The notes beneath the pieces are model-generated. The model saw nothing but the letters and a program-made list of their open reading frames with translations. It was not told where the DNA came from and ran no database searches. Of a DNA stretch of 64,000 nucleotides, positions 9,905 to 20,725 are shown piece by piece. How positions within the stretch are numbered: position 1 is the first letter of the stretch; the number at the start of each line of letters is the position of its first letter. A program made the position numbers and the translations under genes. Source of the stretch: an uncultured Gemmatimonadales bacterium (GTDB taxonomy: Bacteria > Gemmatimonadota > Gemmatimonadetes > Gemmatimonadales > GWC2-71-9); assembly GCA_963779755.1 (NCBI GenBank), contig CAVZZO010000001.1:1536001-1600000 (forward strand). Direction: 5' to 3'.

Positions 9905-11179
9905 TCAGCGCAGCAGCGCCTCCGCCGGGGCGGTTTCGTCCATCCGGCCTCCGCCCTGGGGACGGGGACGGAAGAGCAGGGCAAACGCCACCAGCACGAC
10001 GGCCGCCATGGCGGCGGGCACCAGCCAGATGCTGTGCCAGTCGTGTACCGTCTGCAGGCACTGGCCCACGGCCGCCTGGGCATCGGAGCAGGCGGGGTTG
10101 GCCCGGGACCACTGCTGCACCACCCAGCCCGAGGCGAAAGCGCCGATGAAATAGCCCAGGCCATTGGTGACGAAGTTGATGAATCCCTGGGCCGCCGCCC
10201 GGATTTTCGGGCCCGCCTGCTCGTCGGTGTAGATCTGGCCGCTGACAAAGAAGAAATCGTAGCAGACGCCGTGGAGCAGGATGCCGCCGTAGATCAGCCA
10301 CATGCCGGTTCCGGCATTCCCGTAGCCGAACGCCAGATAGCGGAGCGCCCAGGCCGCCATGCCGGTCAGCATGATGATTTTGATCCCGAATTTCCGCAGC
10401 GCGAAGGGCAGCAACAGCATGAAGCCGATCTCCGACATCTGTCCGAAGGTCTGGATGAAGGCGGGATCGGGCGCGTGGATCTCGTTCAGGAACGGGTTGG
10501 CCCAGGTGTAGTAGAACTGCAGCGGGATGCAGAGGAAGAAGCTGCCCAGCACGAAGATCAGGAAGGCGCGGTCGCGCAGCAGCTGCAGCGCATCGAGCCC
10601 CAGGGCGTCGCGGAGGTTGAAGGGCGTACCGGCGGCCGGCGGCGGCGTATGCGGCAGAGCGAAACAGTAGAGCCCCAGCAGCAGCTCGGCGCCGGCGGCC
10701 ACCCGGAGCGGCAGCGCCAGCGCGTCGGCGTGGAGCACCCGGCCGATCACGATGCCCGCCACGATCCAGCCGATGGTCCCCAGCACCCGGATGGTGGGGA
10801 AGTCCCGGGCCGGGTCGTCCACGTGCGCGAAGGAGATCGAGTTGGAGAGGGACAGGGTGGGCATGTAGCAGAGCGCGTACACGATGAGCGCCGGATAGAA
10901 CAGCCCGAAGCTCCCGCGGGTGGAGACGAACCAGAGCAGCCCTGCGCCCACGATGTGGAGGATGGCCAGCAGCTTCTCGGTGGAGAAGAACCGGTCGGCC
11001 ACCATGCCGATGAAGAACGGCGTTACCAGCGCGGCGATGGCGGTGGCGCCGTAGGCCAGCCCCACTTCTCCGGCGGTGAAGTGCAGCGTCTGGGTCAGAT
11101 AGGTGCCCATGGTGACGAACCACGCGCCCCAGACGAAGTACTGCAGGAACATCAGGGTGGAGAGCTTGAAGCGATTCAT
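9905..11179 (-). CDS. MFS transporter, nucleoside:H+ symporter (NupG/XapB-like) family
   Basis: [31 protein letters not shown] and [10 protein letters not shown] motifs; about 12 hydrophobic segments. Confidence 0.9.
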   Translation of the reverse strand: MNRFKLSTLMFLQYFVWGAWFVTMGTYLTQTLHFTAGEVGLAYGATAIAALVTPFFIGMVADRFFSTEKLLAILHIVGAGLLWFVSTRGSFGLFYPALIVYALCYMPTLSLSNSISFAHVDDPARDFPTIRVLGTIGWIVAGIVIGRVLHADALALPLRVAAGAELLLGLYCFALPHTPPPAAGTPFNLRDALGLDALQLLRDRAFLIFVLGSFFLCIPLQFYYTWANPFLNEIHAPDPAFIQTFGQMSEIGFMLLLPFALRKFGIKIIMLTGMAAWALRYLAFGYGNAGTGMWLIYGGILLHGVCYDFFFVSGQIYTDEQAGPKIRAAAQGFINFVTNGLGYFIGAFASGWVVQQWSRANPACSDAQAAVGQCLQTVHDWHSIWLVPAAMAAVVLVAFALLFRPRPQGGGRMDETAPAEALLR

Positions 11180-11261
11180 GAGCGTGCTCCCAAGAGGAAT
11201 CAGGGATCAGGAATCAGGGGAGGCGGCCCTCGGTTGCTGATTCCCGATCCCTGGTTCCTGG

Positions 11262-11978
11262 TCAGTCCAGCTCCCGGACCTTGATATTGCGCAGCTCCAG
11301 CTTCCCGTCATGATCGCCCTGGATGCCCAGCAGTCCCCGGTGCGCCATGCCGTAACCGGGGTAGGCGGCGAACTTGCTCTTCGCCACCCGCGCCTTCCAG
11401 TCGGGACTCCACAGTTCGTATTGCAGCAGCTTCTTCCCGTTCATCCAGTGCTCGACGTGGGCGCCCCGCACGATGATGCGGGAGGAGTTCCACTGCCCCC
11501 CGGGATGAACGATGCCGGCGGGTGAGGGGTAGAGCGCGTAGTCGGCGCCCGCCGCGGTGAGGCGGCTCTTGCCGTCGGGATGGCCGGCGTCGTCCAGCAG
11601 CTGGTACTCCGGGGCGCTCCAGTAGATGTGGTCGTACTCCTCGGTGCCGCGGTAGAAGAACCCCGCGTTGCCGCCGGGCGCGAGTTTCCAGTCGAAGGTG
11701 ATCTCGAAATCGCCGTAGCTGCGCCGGGTGACCAGGTCCTCGCTGCTGCCGGTCTTGGTGAGCACCCCGTTCGCCAGGCTCCAGCCCGCCGGGAGGGTGT
11801 CCGAACGGTAGCCGCGCCACTGGTCCAGCGAATTCCCACCCAGGAGCGGCTGCCAGTCGCCGGCAGGCGCGGCGCCGGTGGCGGGTCCGGGCGACGAGGA
11901 GGCGCAGGCCAGGACCAGCAGCGGCAGGGCGGAGGCCAGCAGCAGGCGGGAGAGCACGGAAAAAGGTCGGCCAGTCAT
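11262..11978 (-). CDS. DUF1080 (3-keto-disaccharide hydrolase/hydratase) lipoprotein
   Basis: LVLAC lipobox; EYQLLDD, GQWNS, VEHWMNG, QGDH and RNIKVR motifs. Confidence 0.9.
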   Translation of the reverse strand: MTGRPFSVLSRLLLASALPLLVLACASSSPGPATGAAPAGDWQPLLGGNSLDQWRGYRSDTLPAGWSLANGVLTKTGSSEDLVTRRSYGDFEITFDWKLAPGGNAGFFYRGTEEYDHIYWSAPEYQLLDDAGHPDGKSRLTAAGADYALYPSPAGIVHPGGQWNSSRIIVRGAHVEHWMNGKKLLQYELWSPDWKARVAKSKFAAYPGYGMAHRGLLGIQGDHDGKLELRNIKVRELD

Positions 11979-12074
11979 GGTGTCCGGGGTAAGTCGAAGG
12001 TCGGTTGGGAGAGCAACAAGGAAGCAGCGTGAAGATAGGAATTCCGGGGCCCGGGCGCCATACGCGGGGCCCGA

Positions 12075-12434
12075 TTACGCGCCGCCGATCCGGAGCGGCG
12101 CCAGGCCCGGCGCCCCGGGATCGGCCGCCCAGGCCTCCGCCTGGTCCAGTGCCCTCCGGATGCCGGGCAGATCGAGTCCCAGGGAATCGTCCGGGAGGCC
12201 GGCCAGTGCGGCCGCCGCCTTCCGGGCCTGGGCCGCCACGCCGGCATGGTTCCCCCGTTCGTAGTGCACCCAGACGCTGGCGGCGAGGATCAGGCCGTGC
12301 AGCAGCCCGCTCCGCGTCCGCCGCCAGGCGGCCTCCAGCACTTCATGGCTTTCCCAGTAGTTCCCGGAATTCACCAGGTCAACGAAACGGGCAAGCTCCG
12401 GGGGTGGGTTCGTGGGATCGGGGTCAGGGGACAA
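12075..12434 (-). CDS. DUF309-family protein (start uncertain)
   Basis: YWESHEVLEAAW...GLILAA...H motif. The only in-frame starts are TTGs inside the heptamer array. Confidence 0.75.
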   Translation of the reverse strand: MSPDPDPTNPPPELARFVDLVNSGNYWESHEVLEAAWRRTRSGLLHGLILAASVWVHYERGNHAGVAAQARKAAAALAGLPDDSLGLDLPGIRRALDQAEAWAADPGAPGLAPLRIGGA

Positions 12435-12474
12435 GGGACAAGGGACAAGGGACAAGGGACAAGGGATAAGGGAC
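12428..12474. repeat. (GGGACAA)5 GGGATAA heptamer array
   Basis: Read directly; a partly complementary tract follows at about 12510-12535. Confidence 0.9.
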
Positions 12475-12539
12475 CGGGGTCAGGAGGCTGAAATTAGGGG
12501 ACAGGGGCCTGTTCCTTCTTCCCTGTCCCCTGTTCCTCC

Positions 12540-13793
<1,254 letters not shown>

Positions 13794-13936
13794 GAGGCCG
13801 AAGTCCGTATGAAGGTGATGGGGACCTCCAAAGATAAGGCGGACAAACGGGAAATGGGAAAAAGGAACCGGGAGCAAGACGAGGGCGCCCGGCCGTTCCC
13901 TTTTCCCTATCCCCCCCTTCCCGTTTTATTGCCTTC

Positions 13937-15661
13937 ATGCCTCCACGGCTCCTGCCTGCCGAAGTCGCCGCCCGCATCCACCACGGGTTCGAGAGCTACA
14001 ACCGGCGCTTCCACGCCATTACGGGCCGCGCCGGCCAGCGATTCGTCGAGCGGGACTGGGCCGGGGCCCAGGCGGATGCGCTGGAACGGCTGTCGCTCTA
14101 CGCCGACGTACTGGACGGCCTGGTGGAGGAGTTGCGCGCGTTGCTCGGCGTGAATGTTCGCAATGCCTTCTTCTGGCGGGCCGCCCGGGCCAGCCATACC
14201 CGGATACATCGCGATACCCGCGACGCCGAGCTGGCCCGCACATTCTGGAATTCCGTGACCCGCCGGATCTTCAGCACGGTGGGAGTAGATCCCGATATCG
14301 AATACCTGGATACGGCCGGCGCCCCCCGCCTGCAGCCCGACCCTGCGCCGCCGGGGATCACCCGGCGCCTTCCGGCGGCCGACCTGGAGGCCACCCTGGC
14401 CAGGGTGCTCTCCTCGCTGCCCTTCGAGGCGGCCTTCGAGAACCTGCCTCGCGATGCCCGGCTGGCGGCCGACGCCGTCCGGCGGCAGCTGGCGGAGCGC
14501 AGGCCGGCCGGCCTGGCCCGGCAGCTGCACCTCGTGCCCGCCGTGTTCTACCGGAACAAGGGCGCCTATGTCATCGGCCGGCTGGAACTGGAGCACGGCA
14601 GCGTGCCGCTGGTACTGGCCCTCACCCACCCTCCGGACGGCATCGTGGTCGACGCGGCGCTCGCCACCGAAGACGAGGCCAGTATCGTCTTCAGTTTCAC
14701 CCGGTCCTACTTCCACGTGGACATCGACCGGCCGCGCGCGCTGGTGGCCTTTCTGCGCTCGCTCATGCCGCTCAAGCCCGTGGATGAGCTGTACAACGCC
14801 CTGGGCTACAACAAGCACGGAAAGACGGTGCTCTATCGCAACCTGATCCGCCACCTGAAGCAGTCGAACGACTGCTTCCGCCCCGCCGAGGGCGACAAGG
14901 GGCTGGTCATGGCCGTCTTCGCGCTGCCCGGCCTGAATATCGTGTTCAAGGTCATTCGCGACCATTTCGGCCATCCCAAGACGACCACGCCGGCGGCGGT
15001 ACGGCAGAAGTACCATCTGGTCTTCATCCGCGACCGGGTGGGCCGGCTGGCGGACGCCCAGGAGTTCGAGCATCTCGAGTTCGATGCCGACCGGTTCGAT
15101 CCGGCCGTGCTGGAGGAATTGCTGGCCGAGGCTTCGGCCGCCGTGCGGGTCGTGCGGCAGCAGGTCATCATCCGCCATCTCTATACCGAGCGGAAGGTGA
15201 CGCCGCTCAATCTCTATCTCCGGCAGGCCTCCCGGGCCGAGGCGGAGCAGGCCGTGGTGGACTACGGCAACGCCATCAAGGACCTGGCGGCGGCCAACAT
15301 CTTCACCGGCGATATGCTGCTCAAGAATTTCGGGGTCACCCGCCACGGGCGGGTCATCTTTTACGACTACGACGAGCTGACCCTGCTCACGGAATGCAAT
15401 TTCCGGCGGCTGCCCGAGCCGGCAGACATCTACGAGGAGATGGCCGCCGAGCCCTGGTTCTCAGTCGCGGAGAACGACGTCTTTCCGGAGGAGTTCCGCC
15501 CGTTTCTCGTCCTGCCGGGCCATCTGGGCGAGGTGTTCCTCGAATCCCACGCCGACCTGCTCACGGTGGAGTTCTGGCAGCGGATGCAGCAACGCCAGGA
15601 GGCGGGGGAAGTGGTGGACGTGTTTCCCTACCGGGAAGAGCGGAGACTACGGCGAGACTAA
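13937..15661 (+). CDS. aceK: Isocitrate dehydrogenase kinase/phosphatase
   Basis: FYRNKGAY, FSFTRSYF, GYNKHGKT, GLVMAVF, DRVGRLAD, GDMLLKNFG, FYDYDE and DVFPE motifs. Confidence 0.95.
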   Translation: MPPRLLPAEVAARIHHGFESYNRRFHAITGRAGQRFVERDWAGAQADALERLSLYADVLDGLVEELRALLGVNVRNAFFWRAARASHTRIHRDTRDAELARTFWNSVTRRIFSTVGVDPDIEYLDTAGAPRLQPDPAPPGITRRLPAADLEATLARVLSSLPFEAAFENLPRDARLAADAVRRQLAERRPAGLARQLHLVPAVFYRNKGAYVIGRLELEHGSVPLVLALTHPPDGIVVDAALATEDEASIVFSFTRSYFHVDIDRPRALVAFLRSLMPLKPVDELYNALGYNKHGKTVLYRNLIRHLKQSNDCFRPAEGDKGLVMAVFALPGLNIVFKVIRDHFGHPKTTTPAAVRQKYHLVFIRDRVGRLADAQEFEHLEFDADRFDPAVLEELLAEASAAVRVVRQQVIIRHLYTERKVTPLNLYLRQASRAEAEQAVVDYGNAIKDLAAANIFTGDMLLKNFGVTRHGRVIFYDYDELTLLTECNFRRLPEPADIYEEMAAEPWFSVAENDVFPEEFRPFLVLPGHLGEVFLESHADLLTVEFWQRMQQRQEAGEVVDVFPYREERRLRRD

Positions 15662-15706
15662 AGAGACAGGGACTGAGAGAAAAGGGCGACGTTGTTGCTC
15701 CTCCGC

Positions 15707-16504
15707 TCAGGGAACAACGAGCCGGATTTCCGTTCCTGTCTCCTGGAGCTGGTAAGTCGGGATCGGCTCCCGGGCGGGGCCGGCCTTCACCTGCCCGCTG
15801 CGGACGTCGAACTGGCTGCCGTGCCAGAGGCACTGGACGGTTCCGCAGATCATGACGCCGTCGGCCAGAGAGGCGCCGCGGTGGGTGCAGTGGTCGTCGA
15901 AGGCCACATAGCCCTGCTCGGTGCGCGCCAGGACGATCCGGCGGCCGGCCACGCGCACCAGCTTCATCTGGTCGATCTCCAACTCGTTGGCCTTCGCCAC
16001 GGTGACCGCCTGGCCCGAGGTGCCTGGGACCTTTTCGTCCTTCCAGCGGCCCGCCCGCGCGTAGCGGTGCTCCACTCCCATCATGTTACGGCCCACCATC
16101 GTGCCGCCCATCCAGGTGCCCGCCGCCAGCAGGCAGGTTCCCGCCAGCTCCAGGAAGACCGTGAACAGGCCCGGCGGTTGCGACGGGCCGTGACGGAAGA
16201 ACCAGGAGTGGGCAAACAGGGCGACCGCACCGAGATTCACGACCATGTGACGAAAGCCGCGGGTCTTGGCGGAACTCCTGGGCGGGACCGAGGCGACATA
16301 GTCGATGATGCCGGGAATGATGGCGATGACGGCGGTCAGAAGCCCGGCCACATTGAGCACCCGGCCCGCCGGCGTCCAGGGGTCGGGGTTGCCGCTGGCC
16401 CACGCAATGGCATCGCACACCAGGGCGCCGACGAGAAAGGCGATGGGAAACCCGACGATGCCGGGATGGATGGGATGCCCCGCAACGGTCGCCTTGCTGC
16501 GCAC
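15707..16504 (-). CDS. DUF2231 membrane domain fused to a Rieske [2Fe-2S] ferredoxin
   Basis: GHPIHP..VGFP N-terminus with four hydrophobic segments; CTHRG...CLWHGSQFD Rieske motif. Confidence 0.88.
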   Translation of the reverse strand: MRSKATVAGHPIHPGIVGFPIAFLVGALVCDAIAWASGNPDPWTPAGRVLNVAGLLTAVIAIIPGIIDYVASVPPRSSAKTRGFRHMVVNLGAVALFAHSWFFRHGPSQPPGLFTVFLELAGTCLLAAGTWMGGTMVGRNMMGVEHRYARAGRWKDEKVPGTSGQAVTVAKANELEIDQMKLVRVAGRRIVLARTEQGYVAFDDHCTHRGASLADGVMICGTVQCLWHGSQFDVRSGQVKAGPAREPIPTYQLQETGTEIRLVVP

Positions 16505-16507
16505 GCG

Positions 16508-16577
16508 CGCCCTCCCCGGAAGGATGATCGAACAGTCGGCCAGCGAAAACGATAGGCGGGATGGTGCGGGGAGGGCG
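16508..16577 (-). promoter_or_regulatory. Candidate anti-Shine-Dalgarno hairpin in the leader of the DUF2231-Rieske gene
   Basis: Perfect 11-bp inverted repeat (16508-16518 / 16567-16577) covering the GGGGAGGG RBS. Confidence 0.45.
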
Positions 16578-16666
16578 TGACGCGGGTCACCCGAAGGGCG
16601 GGCGTGCCGGGATAGGGAACCCGGGAATACGACCAGGAGAGCGTGACTGAGCCTGGTCTTCCGCCG

Positions 16667-19270
16667 CTATTCCCGGTGCAGGCGCTCGCGGGCGGCTTCC
16701 CGGTACACCAGCTCGTAGGGCGACCGTTCCGCGATGGAGCGGTACCAGGGCGCCGCCTCGGCGGCCCGGTGGAGGCCCTGCAGGAGCGCGGCCCGGCGGA
16801 AACGGTCGAAGGCCTGGGAGTAGAATGGGCTGGTGACGGCGAGCTGGAACCAGGTATCGGCGCGGAGCGACTCCAGCAGACGCAGGGCAGTGTCCCGCTG
16901 GTCCCGTGCTTCGGCCACCACCGAGGCCAGGCTCAGGCCCAGATTACGAACGAAGTCCTCCGCCTGGTATGGCCGGTCCATCCTCTCGAGCTCTGCCTGG
17001 CGCGTGGCGGCCTCCTCGAGGCGCTGCTGCCGCTGCGCGACCAGGCCGAGGAGATAGAGCCGCAGATGGGGATGGACGCCGTTGTGGGCCGCGAAGGCGA
17101 GATGCTGGCTGGGTGGCGTGGCCGCGGCGTCCCAGCGAACGAGTTCCTGCTCGATTTCGTGCAGCTCATCGGGGTCGGGATCGAGGAACGGGAGCACCGC
17201 GAACAGCGCCCGGACCTCCAGCCCCCAGGATGGTTCCAGCAGCTGGGCTTCGCGCAGCAGGTTCCGCGCTTCCTGACGCTCCCCATGCGCCAGCAGCACG
17301 TGGGCCAGCACGATCAGCGCCAGCGCCCGCAGCTCGGGGGAGCGGATATCCGGCAGGAAGCCGCGCCCGAAGCGCTCGGCGCCCTCCAGGCTCCCGGTGT
17401 AGAGCGCCACGTCCGCGAAGGCGATGCCGATGGTGAGCGCCCGGGCCTGCGCCAGCGCCTGCAGCACCGCCGCCTGCTCCACCTCGTCCTTCCCGGCGAA
17501 AGCCCGGAGCGCCCGCATGGGGAGTGCCCGGTCTCCTTCAGGGCTCTGCCGCACGATGCGCTCGACCAGGGCGTCGCGCTCGGCGACGCGGCCTTCCAGC
17601 GCCGCGATGCGCACCAGATGCGCCATGGCGTTGACATGTGCGGGGTCCAGCTCCAGCGTCCGCTCGAAGGCGGCCCGGGCCTCCACCACCGACCGGCCCC
17701 GGAGCGGATTGCTGTGCACCCGGAGATCACCCAGGAGATACCAGGCCTCGAGATCGTCGGGATAGTTTCCGGTGATGGTGAGATAGAGACTCTCCGCCAG
17801 CGCGGCCGACCCCGACAGCCAGGCCCGCTGGGCGTCCAGCAGCAGCCGGTCGTGCGCGCCCAGCCGGGTACGGTGCAGGGCGGCGTGGCCGGCGGCCTCG
17901 CGCGCCAGCTCCGGCAGAGCCGCCGCAGCGCGAACGGCCGCGAGCCGGTAGTAGGCCACGGCGAAGCGAGGATCGTCGCTTACCGCCTGCTGGTAGGCAT
18001 CCATGGCCTCGAAGTAGCGCCCGTCCCGGAATGCATGCTCGCCCGCGAGCCAGGAGCGGAGCGCGCGGAGGGAGGTCGTGGTCAGAGCCGCAAGCCGGGC
18101 CAGGCGGCCGGCGGAGCCGCGGGGGATCTCGGCCAGCAGCCGGCGCACCAACGTGTCGACCAGATCGAACAGCTCCGTCTCGGCGCCGCCGCTCGCCTCG
18201 GCGCTCCCCAGCCTGGTTCCGTCGGCGTGGTAGAGTGTGGCGGTCAGCTGCAGCCGTCCCGCCGCCTCGATGATCGCCCCCTCGAGGTACATGCCGGCGC
18301 CGGTCCGTTGCGCGATCTCCCGCCCGGATTCTCCGTCCCGCGCGCCGGCCAGCACGGCCCGCGGATCCACCGCCCGGATCTGGCCCGCATGGTCCAGCTT
18401 GGCGCTCAGCAGATCCACCATGCCTTCGGCCAGGTATGCGAACGCGTCATTGCCGCGGATATTGAAGGGGAGGACCGCCAGCAGGTCGGCCGGCGGCCGG
18501 ACAGGCGGGGGGACAGAAGGTTGAAGGGCAGGCGGTTCGGGTGCCTGCTCGCGCATCCGGGCCAGGAGCAGGCGCGTCTCGGGCGAGGGCTCCACCTCGT
18601 AGGCGGCGCGGAGCCGGTCGGCGAAGAGATCATAGGCGCGGAGCGCCGCCGCGCGATCACCTCCCTGTGCCAGCAAGGTGGCCAGTTGCCGGAACGCGGC
18701 CTCATCATACGGGGTGAGCTCCAGCCGGCGCTGGGCCCAGTGCAACGCCTCAGTGCGCTGGCCGGTGCCGGCGGCGCGGTGGGCCAGGTCGCGGGCCGCT
18801 TCTGCGGCGCGGTCGCGCAGCCGCAGGCGCTCCAGCTCCAGCCACTGTTCGAACTCGGGCGTGTTCTGGAGAAAGAACCCCTGCAGCAGGTCGCCGGTGT
18901 AGAGATGCAGCGCCTCTGCCGGGCGGCCCCCGGTCAGGCGCTGTTCGAATGCCGCCGCATCGCACCAGACCAGCTCTTCCGCGACCGCCACCTCCTCATC
19001 CCCACGGCCGATAAGCGCCTCATCGCCCAGCGCCTGGCGCAGGAAATACAGGGTTCGGCGCAGTGCCGCCCGGGCATGGCCCTGGTCCAGATCGGGCCAG
19101 AAGAGCCCCATCAGGGTATCCCGGCGGTGGAAGCGCAGGGGCGAGGATACGGCGAGATAGGCCAGTACAGCCAGCCGCTTGGGTTGGCGCAACACCGTCT
19201 GGCAGGGGGTTCCGTCGGCTGCCCGGAGATCGAGCAGGCCAAGAGTCCGGAGCTGGATCGGCTGGGTCAC
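16667..19270 (-). CDS. SARP/BTAD-family transcriptional regulator with TolB-N-like and TPR domains (start approximate)
   Basis: LRTLGLLDL, QPKRLAVLAYL, RRDTLMGLFWP, LYTGDLL..F, EQWLELER, PYDE and LAVLPF motifs; helical repeats. Confidence 0.85.
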   Translation of the reverse strand: MTQPIQLRTLGLLDLRAADGTPCQTVLRQPKRLAVLAYLAVSSPLRFHRRDTLMGLFWPDLDQGHARAALRRTLYFLRQALGDEALIGRGDEEVAVAEELVWCDAAAFEQRLTGGRPAEALHLYTGDLLQGFFLQNTPEFEQWLELERLRLRDRAAEAARDLAHRAAGTGQRTEALHWAQRRLELTPYDEAAFRQLATLLAQGGDRAAALRAYDLFADRLRAAYEVEPSPETRLLLARMREQAPEPPALQPSVPPPVRPPADLLAVLPFNIRGNDAFAYLAEGMVDLLSAKLDHAGQIRAVDPRAVLAGARDGESGREIAQRTGAGMYLEGAIIEAAGRLQLTATLYHADGTRLGSAEASGGAETELFDLVDTLVRRLLAEIPRGSAGRLARLAALTTTSLRALRSWLAGEHAFRDGRYFEAMDAYQQAVSDDPRFAVAYYRLAAVRAAAALPELAREAAGHAALHRTRLGAHDRLLLDAQRAWLSGSAALAESLYLTITGNYPDDLEAWYLLGDLRVHSNPLRGRSVVEARAAFERTLELDPAHVNAMAHLVRIAALEGRVAERDALVERIVRQSPEGDRALPMRALRAFAGKDEVEQAAVLQALAQARALTIGIAFADVALYTGSLEGAERFGRGFLPDIRSPELRALALIVLAHVLLAHGERQEARNLLREAQLLEPSWGLEVRALFAVLPFLDPDPDELHEIEQELVRWDAAATPPSQHLAFAAHNGVHPHLRLYLLGLVAQRQQRLEEAATRQAELERMDRPYQAEDFVRNLGLSLASVVAEARDQRDTALRLLESLRADTWFQLAVTSPFYSQAFDRFRRAALLQGLHRAAEAAPWYRSIAERSPYELVYREAARERLHRE

Positions 19271-19559
19271 CACGGAAAGCTGCGGTGAAAACCCGGAAAG
19301 GGTAGTCCCCGGGTCGAGCACCACCGGCCGGCGGCCGGAAAAAGAGGATGGTTGAAGGTCTCGTAACGGTTGGCCTGAGACTGCGAGGTTTCAGGGCAAT
19401 CGTCCGTTTCCTCCAACCATCCAACCTTCCGAAGGCCGCGGGCTAGGGGGTGGCGGCCGACGGGAACAGTCTATTATCCGCCGCAGGGTGCCCGCTGTAG
19501 GCTGCATCACCGAACTCTGGCGGTTACCGGATGCGGTCAGGTACTGCTGCTGCCTCCGC

Positions 19560-20012
19560 TCAGGAGTGCAGCCTGTCGCCCTCGATTTCCCGGATGCGGG
19601 CCGCCACGCCGGCGGGAACGGCGCACTTCCGCCCCGCCGCATAATCATAGCAGACGATGAGCCCGCTGCCTTCGCCTGCTACGGCGTTCTGGCCGGCGGA
19701 GACGATGGCGTATTCCATGAGGAAGCGGTCCTCTTCCAGGCTGGCGGCGCGGCCTCCCAGATAGACCTGGTCGGGCCAGACGAGTGGCAGGCGGAAGCGG
19801 CAGGAGGTGGAGTGCAGGATGGCGCCCACCCGGTCGCGGTCCATACTGGCGGTGAGCCCGCAGGCCTCGAGATACGCCATGCGGGTGCTCTCGAAATAGC
19901 GGAAGAACACGGTGTTGTTCACGTGTCCATAGGCATCCATCTCCCCCCACTGGACCGGCATGGTCAGGTGGACGGTATAGCCGGCCAGCAGGGGGTGGGG
20001 TGCACCGGTCAT
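19560..20012 (-). CDS. Acyl-CoA thioesterase (4HBT/YbgC hot-dog fold)
   Basis: VQWGEMDAYGHVNNTVFFRYFE motif. Confidence 0.92.
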   Translation of the reverse strand: MTGAPHPLLAGYTVHLTMPVQWGEMDAYGHVNNTVFFRYFESTRMAYLEACGLTASMDRDRVGAILHSTSCRFRLPLVWPDQVYLGGRAASLEEDRFLMEYAIVSAGQNAVAGEGSGLIVCYDYAAGRKCAVPAGVAARIREIEGDRLHS

Positions 20013-20590
20013 GCGGGAAATCCGGGATGGGTGCGGACGCGATCGGCCTGCTGGAGATGGCGCCGCTCGTGGGCCGTGATACTCGCAAATCCCTGTCCCA
20101 GGCTCAGGCGGAGCAGCCGGAAGAACGGGCTGGGAAAGCGGACGGCCCCGAGGTCCAGGCCGTTGGCCCGGCGCACCAACTGGATCAGTTCTTCCTGTAA
20201 CTGCTGGAACTCGGCCAGGGTGCGCCCGGGGTCCAGCTCGGGCGCGGGGCGGAGCGAGCGGGGGGCGGTCACCCGGAGCCGCGGTGGCGGCTCGAGATAC
20301 CAGATAAAGAGGCGCCCCATCCACCCGTGGCGGTAGGGCGGGTTGCCCAGGCGGCGGCGGGCACGGGCGTCCTCGATGATTCCGGTCAGGGTATCGCGGT
20401 ACTGATACCCCGTGCGATTCAAGTGGTCGAGACACTGGCCGATGGACCAGCGGTCCGGGCCCGGGCGCCAGTTGAAGCCGGCGGCGGTGAGCCCACCCGC
20501 GAGGTCTGTGGCGTGGAGCCCCGCCTGGTGCAGCTCCCGCTGGCGCTCGGCCAGCTCGCCGGCCAGCGCAAACCCGATTGTCTCACCCAT
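20009..20590 (-). CDS. DinB-family protein
   Basis: WRPGPDRWSIGQCLDHL and HERRHLQQ motifs; 4-bp overlap with the thioesterase gene. Confidence 0.88.
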   Translation of the reverse strand: MGETIGFALAGELAERQRELHQAGLHATDLAGGLTAAGFNWRPGPDRWSIGQCLDHLNRTGYQYRDTLTGIIEDARARRRLGNPPYRHGWMGRLFIWYLEPPPRLRVTAPRSLRPAPELDPGRTLAEFQQLQEELIQLVRRANGLDLGAVRFPSPFFRLLRLSLGQGFASITAHERRHLQQADRVRTHPGFPA

Positions 20591-20725
20591 GCTGCTGCTC
20601 CCGAGAGATCCGGCCGGAAGATACCGGCGGGTGCCGAGCGGGCCAACCGGCGCTTGGCGGCTCCGCGCCGCGGGGTTAGGGTTCTTCCCCCGGCGGCACT
20701 CCATGGGCCCGCTCTCCTCGAGGTC

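Noticed and set aside
19275..19555. Riboswitch upstream of the BTAD regulator
   Set aside because: Only an imperfect 13-bp inverted repeat (GGATGGTTGAAGG / CCTCCAACCATCC) was seen, with no recognisable aptamer.
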